From Chiloscyllium plagiosum (taxonomy: Eukaryota): a stretch of 38,884 nucleotides of DNA. Below the pieces are notes generated by a model that worked only from the letters and a program-made list of their open reading frames with translations, was not told the DNA's origin and searched no databases. Both the position numbers and the translations under genes were made by a program. Of the stretch, positions 23,001 through 33,800 are shown piece after piece; position 1 is the first letter of the stretch, and every line of letters starts with the position of its first letter. Location: positions 1 to 38,884 of the forward strand of contig NW_025214078.1 of the NCBI RefSeq assembly GCF_004010195.1, read 5' to 3'.

Positions 23001-24826
23001 GACGTTGACGTTAGTATTGGTGACGGTGATGCCGTTGGCCTTGGTGCTGGTGTTGGTGTTGACGTTGACGTTAGTATTGGTGACGGTGATGCCGTTGGCC
23101 TTGGTGCTGGTGTTGGTGTTGACGTTGACGTTAGTATTGGTGACGGTGATGCCGTTGGCCTTGGTGCTGGTGTTGGTGTTGACGTTGACGTTAGTATTGG
23201 TGACGGTGATGCCGTTGGCCTTGGTGCTGGTGTTGGTGTTGACGTTGACGTTAGTATTGGTGACGGTGATGCCGTTGGCCTTGGTGCTGGTGTTGGTGTT
23301 GACGTTGACGTTAGTATTGGTGACGGTGATGCCGTTGGCCTTGGTGCTGGTGTTGGTGTTGACGTTGACGTTAGTATTGGTGACGGTGATGCCGTTGGCC
23401 TTGGTGCTGGTGTTGGTGTTGACGTTGACGTTAGTATTGGTGACGGTGATGCCGTTGGCCTTGGTGCTGGTGTTGGTGTTGACGTTGACGTTAGTATTGG
23501 TGACGGTGATGCCGTTGGCCTTGGTGCTGGTGTTGGTGTTGACGTTGACGTTAGTATTGGTGACGGTGATGCCGTTGGCCTTGGTGCTGGTGTTGGTGTT
23601 GACGTTGACGTTAGTATTGGTGACGGTGATGCCGTTGGCCTTGGTGCTGGTGTTGGTGTTGACGTTGACGTTAGTATTGGTGACGGTGATGCCGTTGGCC
23701 TTGGTGCTGGTGTTGGTGTTGACGTTGACGTTAGTATTGGTGACGGTGATGCCGTTGGCCTTGGTGCTGGTGTTGGTGTTGACGTTGACGTTAGTATTGG
23801 TGACGGTGATGCCGTTGGCCTTGGTGCTGGTGTTGGTGTTGACGTTGACGTTAGTATTGGTGACGGTGATGCCGTTGGCCTTGGTGCTGGTGTTGGTGTT
23901 GACGTTGACGTTAGTATTGGTGACGGTGATGCCGTTGGCCTTGGTGCTGGTGTTGGTGTTGACGTTGACGTTAGTATTGGTGACGGTGATGCCGTTGGCC
24001 TTGGTGCTGGTGTTGGAGTTGACGTTGACGTTAGTATTGGTGACGGTGATGCCGTTGGCCTTGTTGCTGGTGTTGGAGGTGATGATGACGTTAGTATTGG
24101 TGACGGTGATGTCGTTGGCCTTGGTGCTGGTGTTGGAGTTGACGTTAGTATTGGTGACGGTGATACCGTTGGCCTTGGTGCTGGTGTTGGAGTTGACGTT
24201 GACGTTAGTATTGGTGACGGTGATGCTGTTGGCCTTGTTGCTGGTGTTGGAGTTGACGTTGACGTTAGTATTGGTGACGGTGATGCCGTTGGCCTTGGTG
24301 CTGGTGTTGGAGTTGACGTTAGTATTGGTGACGGCGATGCTGTTGGCCTTGGCGCTGGTGTTGGAGTTGACTTTGACGTTAGTATTGGTGACGGTGATGC
24401 CGTTGGCCTTGGCGCTGGTGTTGATGTTGACGTTAGTATTGGTGATGGTGATGCCGTTGGCCTTGGCGATGGTGTTGGAGTTGACGTTAGTATTGGTGAC
24501 GGTGATGTCGTTGGCCTTGGCGATGGTGTTGGAGTTGACATTAGTATTGGTGACGGCGATGCCGTTGGCCTTGGTGCTGGTGTTGGAGTTGACGTTGACG
24601 TTAGTATTGGTGACGGCGATGCCGTTGGCCTTGGTGCTGGTGTTGGAGTTGACGTTGACGTTAGTATTGGTGACGGCGATGCCGTTGGCCTTGGTGCTGG
24701 TGTTGGAGATGACGTTGACGTTAGTATTGGTGACGGTGATGCCGTTGGCCTTGGCGATGGTGTTGACATTGACGTTAGTATTGGTGACGGTGATGCCGTT
24801 GACGTTGGCGATTGCGTTGGACTGCT
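1988..24826 (-). other. Open frame of mucin-like repeats (TSTSTPTPAPRPTASPSPIL)n, in frame with the upstream CDS after its TGA; coding status unresolved
   Basis: After TGA (24829-24827) the frame reads SSPTQSPTSTASPSPILTS for 19 codons into the listed 7593-aa ORF at 24769. It ends WNICV* inside the antisense CR1 remnant. No signal peptide or folded domain is visible. Confidence 0.3.
2007..24816. repeat. Giant 60-bp tandem array (~381 units), identical over 2007-24016 and diverged over 24017-24816
   Basis: Unit TTGGTGCTGGTGTTGGTGTTGACGTTGACGTTAGTATTGGTGACGGTGATGCCGTTGGCC. I see no variant until 24017, and three invariant frame translations agree. The last ~13 units carry substitutions, and six are shortened to 54 bp. 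Confidence 0.99.
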
Positions 24827-27800
24827 TCAGCGGACCGCTCGGCGGCCGGCCTGGACCAGGCGCCGTCCCAGCAGCCCCCGGGCCCGCTCCACCCCACCGC
24901 CAAAGTAGAGGGTGGCCCAGAACTCCTGGTCCTCCTCCGCCACCTCCATCATGGCGTTGTCGGTTACCACCACTGCCGGGGGTCGCCTCGGCTGCGGGTA
25001 CAGGATGCCGAAGAGCACGTGGTCGTAGTCGTCCGGGGGCACGGCTGGGGGCGGTGGTGGGGGCGCGGGGTCCGTCTCGGGGCAGGGGCAGGGCTCTGAG
25101 GGAGGGGGAGGGTGAGGGGGTGGGGGAGGGGGGGTTTCGGTGCCCGGCGGACCCTCGGACACCTCCCCCCGTGAGGAGGAGGCGGTGGTGAGGCTGGAGG
25201 GGCTGTCCCCGCTGGAGGTCAGGTGGGAGAACAGGGTGACGATGACCAAGGGGTCGCAGGCCTGGGCTGGGGCCTGGGTCTGGGTGGGCCGAGGGAGGCG
25301 GTGCCGCGGGGGGTGGGGCTGGGTGGCCGATGTGGGGGGCGGGGGGGGCCCGCCTCCCGGCCAGCTGTGCCCACTGGGGGCGCTCTCGGCGTCGGTGCTC
25401 TGGCCGGAGGAGGGAGCCTCGAAGTGGGGGTAGGGGGCGGGGCTGAGGCCCGACGACGGCCCCTCCCCCGGGTTGTCGGGCGTGGTCGCGCCCCTGCCCC
25501 CCAAGGTGGTCAGGGTGCCCGCGGTGGGGGTCAGCTCGGCCGGGGACATCCCCGCCAGGGTCAGCGTCTCGGGGGTGGGGCTGGCCTCGGCCCCGCCCCC
25601 CGCCGCGGCGAGGCGCGGGCCTTCCCTACCCGGCGTGCCCCCCTCGCTGGCGGGGGGCAGGCGGGCGGGCGAGGGGGCGGGTGGGGCTAGCCCCCACTCC
25701 AGCCGGGCGGTGCCCGCCTGCCCCTGGGACGAGGAGGAGGGCGAGGAGGTGGAGGAGGGCGACGAGGGGGAGGGGGGCGAGGAGGAGGACGAGGAGGAGG
25801 AGGAGGTCTCGCTCTGGCACGAGGCGCCGTCGCCTGCGGCCGGCGTCCGTCCGCCTGTCGTCTGGTCTGGTGTTCCGCCTGTAGCCGCTGACTGGTCTCG
25901 GGAGGATGTTTCGTCTGTAGCCGGTGGCCATTCTGACAGTGCTCCGCCTGTAGCCACTGCCTCATCGCAGGAGGATGTTTCGCCTGTAGCTGGTGGCTGT
26001 TCTGACAGTGCTCCGCCTGTAGCCGCTGCCTCATCGCAGGAGGATGTTTCGCCTGTAGCCGGGGGCCGTTCTGACAGTGCTCCGCCTGTAGCCGCTGCCT
26101 CATCGCAGGAGAATGTTTCACCTGTAGCCGGTGGCTGTTCTGACTGTGCTCCGCCTGTAGCCGCTGCCTCATCGCAGGAGGATGTTTCACCTGTAGGCAG
26201 TGGCTCTTCCGATGATGCTCCGCCTGTAGCCACGATTGCATCACACGAAGATATTTCACCTGTAGCAAATGGCTGTTCTGATGGCGTTCCACCTGTAGCC
26301 GCTGCCTCATCACAGGAAGATATTTCGCCTGTAGTCAGTGGCTCTTCTAATGGTGCTCCACCTGTAGCCACAATCTCATCACATGAAGATATTTCGCCTG
26401 TAGCGAGTGGCTCTTCCGATGGTGCTGCACCTGTAGCCACGATCTCATCACTGGAAGATATTTCACCTGTAGCTAGTGACTGTTGTGGCGGTATTCCGTC
26501 TGGAGCCGCGAACCCATCGCAGTATATTTTGCCTGTAGCCGTCAACTGTTCTGATGGTGTGCTGCCTGTAGCCGTGGCCTTATCACAGGAGGATGTTTCG
26601 CTTGTAGCCGGCGGCTGTTCTGACAGAGCTCTGCCTGTAGCCACTGCCTCATCGCAGGAGGATGTTTCGCTTGTAGCCGGCGGCTGTTCTGACAGTGCTC
26701 TGCCTGTAGCTGCTGCCTCATCGCAGGAAGATGTTTCGTCTGGAGCCAGTGGCTCTTCCGATGAAGCTCCGCCTATAGCCACGATCTCATCACCAGAAGA
26801 TATTTCACTTGTAGCCAGCGACTGTTCTGGCGGTATTCCACCCGGAGCCATGAACCCATCGCTGGAGGATATTCTGCCTGTAGCCATCAGCTGTTCTGAT
26901 GGTGTGCCGCCTGTAGCCGCGGCCTCGTCGCAGGAGGCTGTTTCGCTTGTACTCATCTGTTCTGGCGGCTGGGTTCTGCCTGTAGCTGTGATCTCTTCAC
27001 ATGGAGATGTTTTGCCTGTTGTCAGTGTCTGTTCTGACTGTGACATTCCACCTGTAGTCACTGTTAGGTCTGATGGTGATAGTCGGCCTGTGGTAGGGGT
27101 TTGTTCACATGGAGATATTTCTCCTGTAGGCAGGGTCCGTTCTGATGGTGACAATTCACCTGCCGTCCCTCTCTTTTCTAGTTCTGCCAGTCCGCCTACA
27201 GTCTGTGCCTGTTCTGATGGCAGCCTTCTGCCTGTCATTGAGGGCTGTTCACATGGAGACACTTCACCTGTAGTCAGTGTCTGTTCTGATGGCGTCAGTT
27301 CTCCTGTAGCCAGTGTCTGTTCTGGTGGTAATTTGTCACCTGTGGGCAGGTACTCTTCAACTGATGGCACTTTGCCTTCGCGTGGGCTCCATTCCGATGG
27401 TGATCTCTTGCCTGTAGTGAGCACGGGTTCCAGTAACAAGGAGTCACCCAAACACAGAGTCTCCTCTGTTTCACCTGTTGCCAGTGTCTCTGCCGGTGGC
27501 GATTGTCCACCTGTAGTCTTGGTCTGCCCGGGATCTGTGCGTTCACCTGTTTCTTCTGGCAGTGCTAGTTCACCCCTCAACTGAACCTGCTCTGCTGTTG
27601 TCATCGCGCCTGTAGGCACTGCCTGTCCTATTTCACCTGGACGCAGGGTGTTGTCCATTGGTGGACGCTTAGCTGGGGTCATGGCATCTTCTGATGGACA
27701 TGGTTTGCCTGTAGACTGTGCCTGATCTGGTGGTGTGACCTCACCTGAACACAGCTTCTGATTCAACGTTGATAGTTCACCTGTACCTGGCGCCTGTTCT

Positions 27801-30800
27801 TGAGCAGACAGCTCACCTGTTGGCACGGCAGCTTGGGTATGAATCAGCGTCTGTTCGGATAATGATATTTCCTCTGTCGTCAGCAACCGCTCCAGTGGTG
27901 ACAACTCGTCTGAGCACTCTGTTTGCACTGACGGTGATATTTCACCTGTAGCCAGCACTTGTTCTTGCGGAGAAAGTTCACCTGTAGCCATGGTTATTGC
28001 TGATGGCCGACTCTTTGCAATGATCTGTGTGTATTCTGGTGAAGATGTCGCACCTGTAGTTCGGGTCTGTTCTGCTGGCGATAGTCCGCCTGTCGTCGGT
28101 GCCTGCTCTGAGGGTAGCAGTTCGCCTGTAGTCAATGTCAGGTCCGGTGGAGTCATGACACCCACAACAAGTTTTTGTCCACTTGGTGATATTTTACCTG
28201 TCGCTCTCACCTGTTCTGATGGTGACACCTCGTCTGCTGCTAGTGGCTCTTCTGCAGGGGATATCTCACCTGTAGACAGTGTCTGTTCTGACTGTGATAT
28301 CTCGCTCGTAGACAGTGTCTGATCTGACGAAGATGCTTCACTTGTAGACAGCATCTGTTCTGATGGTGACTGTTTGTCTGTGGTTAAGGCTTGTACTTGT
28401 GGAGGGGGTGCACCCTTGATCGGTGCCTGGTCCAGCAACATTTCGCCTGTACTCCAGGTCTCTTCTGGTGGCGGAATTTCGCCTGTATTCAGCATCAGGT
28501 CTGTCAGCAATAGTTTACCAGTAGTTAGTGTCTGATCTGGCAAGGAAGGTTCACCTGTAGTCGCGGTCTCTTCTGGTGGCGAGATATCACCTGTAGCCAA
28601 TACCTGGTCTGGCAGGGAACGTTCACCTGTAGTCACGGTCTCTTCTGGTGGTGAGCTTTCGCCTGGAGCCAATACCTGGTCTGGCAGGGAACGTTCACCT
28701 GCAGTCACAGACTCTTCTAGTGGTGAGATTTCGCCTGTAGCCAATACCTGGTCTGGCAGGGAGAGTTCACCTGTAGTCACGGTCTCTTCTGGTGGTGAGA
28801 TATCGCCTGTAGCCAATACCTGGCCTGGCAGGGAACGTTCACCTGTAGTCACGGTCTCTTCTGACAGTGAGATTTCGCCTGTAGCCAATACCTGGCCTGG
28901 CAGGGAACGTTCACCTGTAGTCACGGTCTCTTCTGACGGTGAGATTTTGCCTGTAGCCAATACCTGGCCTGGCAGGGAACGTTCACCTGTAGTCACGGTC
29001 TCTTCTAGTGGTGAGATTTTGCCTGTAGCCAATACCTGGTCTGGCAGGGAGAGTTCACCTGTAGTCACGGTCTCTTCTGAGGGTGAGATTTTGCCTGTAG
29101 CCAATACCTGGCCTGGCAGGGAACGTTCACCTGTAGTCACAGTCTCTTCTGGCGGTGGGATTTTGCCTGTTGCCAATACCTGGCCTGGCAGGGAACGTTC
29201 ACCTGTAGTCACAGTCTCTTCTAGTGGTGAGAGTTCGCCTGTAGCCAATACCTCGTCTGGCAGGGAGAGTTCACCTGTAGTCACGGTCTCTTCTGGTGGT
29301 GAGATATCGCCTGTAGCCAATACCTGGCCTGGCAGGGAACGTTCACCTGTAGTCACGGTCTCTTCTGACAGTGAGATTTCGCCTGTAGACAATACCTGGC
29401 CTGGCAGGGAACGTTCACCTGTAGTCACGGTCTCTTCTGATGGTGAGATTTTGCCTGTAGCCAATACCTGGTCTGGCAGGGAACGTTCACCTGTAGTCAC
29501 AGTCTCTTCTGGTGGTGGGATTTTGCCTGTTGCCAATACCTGGCCTGGCAGGGAGAGTTCACCTGTAGTCACAGTCTCTTCTGACAGTGAGATTTCGCCT
29601 GTAGCCAATACCTGGTCTGGCAGGGAACGTTCACCTGTAGTCACAGTCTCTTCTGGTGGTGAGATTTCACCTGTAGCCAATACCTGGCCTGGCAGGGAGA
29701 GTTCACCTGTAGTCACAGTCTCTTCTGACAGTGAGATTTCGCCTGTAGCCAATACCTGGTCTGGCAGAGAACGTTCACCTGTAGCCACAGTCTCTTCTAG
29801 CGGTGAGATTTCACCTGTAGCCAATACCTGGTCTGGCAGGGAACGTTCACCTGTAGTCACAGTCTTTTCTGTCGGTGAGATTTCACCTGTAGCCAATACC
29901 TGGCCTGGCAGGGAGAGTTCACCTATAGTCACGGTCTCTTCTGTCGGTGAGATTTCACCTGTAGCCAATGCCTGGCGTGGCAGGGAAAGTTCACCTGAAG
30001 TCACAGTCTCTTCTGGTGGTGAGGTTTCACCTGTGGCAAATACCTGGCCTAGCAGGGAGAGTAGGCCTGTAGTCATGGGCTCTTCTGTCAGTGAGACATC
30101 ATCTGTAGCCAATTCCTGGTCTGGCAGGGAACGTTTACCTGTAGTCACAGTCTCTTCTGGTGGTGAGCTTTCGCCTGTAGCCAATACCTGGCCTGGCAGG
30201 GAGAGTTCACCTGTAGTCATGGGCTCTTCTGTCGGTGAGATCTCAGCTTTGGCCAATACCTGGTCTGGCAGGGAATGTACACCTGTAGTCACAGTCTCTT
30301 CTGATGGTGAGATTTCGCCTGTAGCCAATACCTGGCCTGGCAGGGAGAGTTCACCTATAGTCAAGGTCTCCTCTGACGGTGAGACTTTGCCTGTAGCCAA
30401 TACCTGGTCTGGCAGGGAGAGTTCAGCTGTAGTCACAGTCTCTTCTGTCGGTGAGATTTCGCCTGTAACCAATACCTGGCCTGGCAGGGAACGTTCACCT
30501 GTAGTCATGGGCTCTTCTGTCGGTGAGACTTTGCCTGTAGCCAATACCTGGTCTGGCAGGGAACGTTCACCTGTAGCCACAGTCTCTTCTGTCGGTGAGA
30601 TTTTGCCCATAGCCAATACCTGGCCTGGCAGGGAGAGTTCACCTATAGTCAAGGTCTCTTTTGTGAGTGAGCTTTCGCCTGTAGCCAATACCTGACCTGG
30701 CAGGGAATGTTCGCCTGTAGTCACGGTCTCTTCTGGTGGTGAGATTTTGCCTGTAGCCAATACCTGGCCTGACAGGGAACGTTCACCTGTAGTCACAGTC

Positions 30801-33800
30801 TCTTCTGACAGTGAGATTTCACCTGTAGCCAATAACTGGTCTGGCAGGGAACGTTCACCTGTAGTCACAGTCTTTTCTGTCGGTGAGATTTCACCTGTAA
30901 CCAATACCTGGTCTGGCAGGGAGAGTTCACCTGTAGCCACAGTCTCTTCTGTTAGTGAGACTTTGCCTGTAGCCAATACCTGGTCTGGCAGGGAGAGTTC
31001 ACCTGTAGTCACGGTCTCTTCTGGTGGTGAGGTTTTGCCTGTAGCCAATACCTGGTTTGACAGGGAACGTTCACCTGTAGTCACAGTCTTTTCTGTCGGT
31101 GAGATTTCACCTGGAGCCAATACCTGGTCTGGCAGGGAGAGTTCACCTATAGTCACGGTCTCTTCTGGAGGTGAGGTTTTGCCTGTAGCCAATACCTGGT
31201 TTGACAGGGAACGTTCACCTGTAGTCACAGTCTTTTCTGTCGGTGAGGTTTCACCTGTAACCAATACCTGGTCTGGCAGGAAGAGTTCACCTATAGTCAC
31301 GGTCTCTTCTGGAGGTGAGACTTTGCCTGTAGCCAATACCTGGTCTGGCAGGGAACGTTCACCTGTAGTCACGGTCTCTTCTGGAGGTGAGACTTTGCCT
31401 GTAGCCAATACCTGGCCTGGCAGGGAACGTTCACCTGTAGTCACAGTCTCTTCTGTCGGTGAACTTTCGCCTGTAGCCAATACCTGGCCTGGCAGGGATC
31501 GTTCACCTGTAGTCACGGTCTCTTCTGTCGGTGAGCTTTCGCCTGTAGCCAATACCTGGCTTGACAGGGAACGTTCACCTGTAGTCACAGTCTCTTCTGT
31601 CGGTGAGCTTTCACCTGTAGCCAATACCTGGCCTGACAGGGAACGTTCACCTGTAGTCATAGTCTCTTCTGTCGGTGAGCTTTCGCCTGTAGCCAATACC
31701 TGGCCTGACAGCGAACGTTCACTTGTAGTCACGGTATCTTCTGTCAGTGAGAATTCCCCTGTACCTGTTTTCTGGTCTGTCAGTAATAGTATCCCAATAG
31801 TTAAGATCTCTTCTGACAGTGAAAGCCCACCAGTCTCTGCTGGTGGGGGTAGTTCCCCTGGGGTTGGCTCCTGGTCCGACAGTAATACTTTGCCTGTGGT
31901 TTGCGCCTTTCCAAGTGGCGATGCCTCCCTTTCAGCCGGCCCCTGTCCCGGTGGTGACATCTCGCCCGGGGTCATGGTGGTTAGGATCTGTTCCAATGGT
32001 AATATGTCCCCTGTCGCTAATGTCACGCCTGAATCCAGGGCCTGGTCTGACGGCGGTGATTCGCCTGTGCTCTTGGTCTGCGGCGTCAGGGCTGGTTGGC
32101 CCGTCTGCTCACCGTCTGGAGACAGCTCGCCAATAGCCACCGTCCGTTGTGGCGTTTCGGGTGCGGCGAGGGGGTGCTCCAGGAGCGACTGTTCGTCCGG
32201 GGTCCGCTCCCACTGCGAGATGTCACCCGTCAACAGAACGTCCCGGGGCCTGAGCATCTCCACCCGGATGACTGTGATCACCGATGGCTCGTTTGCCGAC
32301 GGTCGGTCTGTCGCCAGGCTCGACTCGGACCACGTCGGGGACACACTCAGTTCGCCTGTCGACAGCGTTTGCTCTGGCCGGGACAGTCGACTAGTAGCAA
32401 GGGTCTGTTCCGACAGTCCGCCTGTGCTCGGCGTTTGCGCGGGTGGGGACGTCGCGCCCGCCCGCTCCTGTGGGAGGTGCCTGCCGGCAGCCGGTGCCTG
32501 TTCTGAAGGCGAGCGTTCGCCTGTGGTCAGGATATAGTCAGGCGGGGACAGTCTGCCTGTAGCCAGCAGCTGTTCCAGGGGAGAGAGCTGGCTTGAGGCC
32601 AGCGCCTGCTCCAGGAGGGTCAGGGTGCCGGCGGACACGTGGGGCCCCAGGGCCGTGGGTTTGCCTGTAGCCAGCACTTGCTCGGGCAGGGAGAGTCTGC
32701 CTGTCGCCCGCACCTCGTCTGCGGGGCGCAGGATGCCTCTCGCCAACACTGGCTCTGGCAGCGACAGCCTGCCCGTCGTCAGCACCTGTTGGGGGGGGGA
32801 CAGCTTGCCCATCGACAGCACCCACTCCGAGAGGGACAGTCCGCCTGTAGCCGGCACCTGTTCCGGCAGGGAGAGCTTGCCCATTGGGACCGACCACTCC
32901 GGGAGGGGCAGTCCGCCTGTAGCCGGCAAAGCCATTGGCGGAGGGGACATTCCACCTGTAGCCGGCGACTGTTCAGGGGGGGAGAGTTTGCCTGTAGGGA
33001 GCGCTGACTCCAGAAGGGGCAGTCCACCTGTAGCTGGCAACGCCACCGGCAGAGGGGACACTCCACCTGTAGCCGGCGCCTGTTCAGGCGGGGGGAGTTT
33101 GCCTGTAGGGAGCGCCCACTCCGAGAGGGGCAGTCCGCCTGTTGCCAGCAACGCCGTCGGCAGAGGGGACACTCCACCTGTAGCCGGCGCCTGTTCAGGC
33201 TGGGGGGGTTTGCCTGTAGGGAGCGCCCACTCCGGGAGGGGCAGTCCGCCTGTAGCCGGCGCCCGTTCCGGGGGCAGCAGGAGGAGGCGGTCGGAGGTGC
33301 GGGGACCCTCCAGGAGCAGGCCGGAGGAGGACCGCAGGGTAGCGGAGGACCCCGGGCCAGAGCCGGGGAACAGCATCGAGGCCAGGTCCCGGTCGGAGTC
33401 GGCAGGGGCCTCGGGGAGCAGGGCCCACTCGGACAGGCCTCCCCAGGAGGGGGTGGGCGGGCAGCTGCGGGGCGGGGGCGGGGGAGGGGGAGGGGGCTCG
33501 GGGGAGGAGCCGCTGCCGCCCCGCCCAGCGCCCGCCCCCTCCCAGCTCTCCGCCATCAGGACCCGGCCCCAGACGGAGCGGTCGTCCACCGAGGAGCCCG
33601 GGAGCACGCGGGCGGCCGACTTCTCGTCCCGGGTGTAGATGGTCAGGATCTCGCCCCAGGAGGCCGGGACGTCGAGGGGGGCTGGGGGCGGACCCCCCGC
33701 CCCCACCCAGGGCGGGGGGCTACCCGGCACCGCCCCCCGCTCCTCCTGGCCCTCCCCGTACATGCTCAGCACCTGCTCCCAGGCCGCCCGCTGGTCCTCG

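Noticed and set aside
2007..24816. CRISPR array or telomeric repeat interpretation
   Set aside because: There are no unique spacers or cas genes, the context is eukaryotic, and the unit lacks TTAGGG.
2007..24816. Three TGACG (CRE half-site) motifs per array unit as a CREB/ATF cluster
   Set aside because: There is no full TGACGTCA site, the motifs arise from the internal GACGTT duplication, and they are among the positions that vary in diverged units.
24827..24829. TGA as selenocysteine
   Set aside because: No SECIS-like element is visible downstream, and there is no redox-motif context.
1902..24908. 7668-aa + strand ORF (GDGDAVGLGAGVGVDVDVSI)n
   Set aside because: It starts at a TTG inside a decayed CR1, has no credible unique termini and is antisense to the adjacent gene. 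One stop-free 60-bp unit is enough to explain its length. Stranded RNA data would be needed to exclude it fully.
2017..25191. 7724-aa + strand Leu/Val ORF
   Set aside because: It is almost wholly hydrophobic, starts within the array and is a by-product of the G/T-rich unit.
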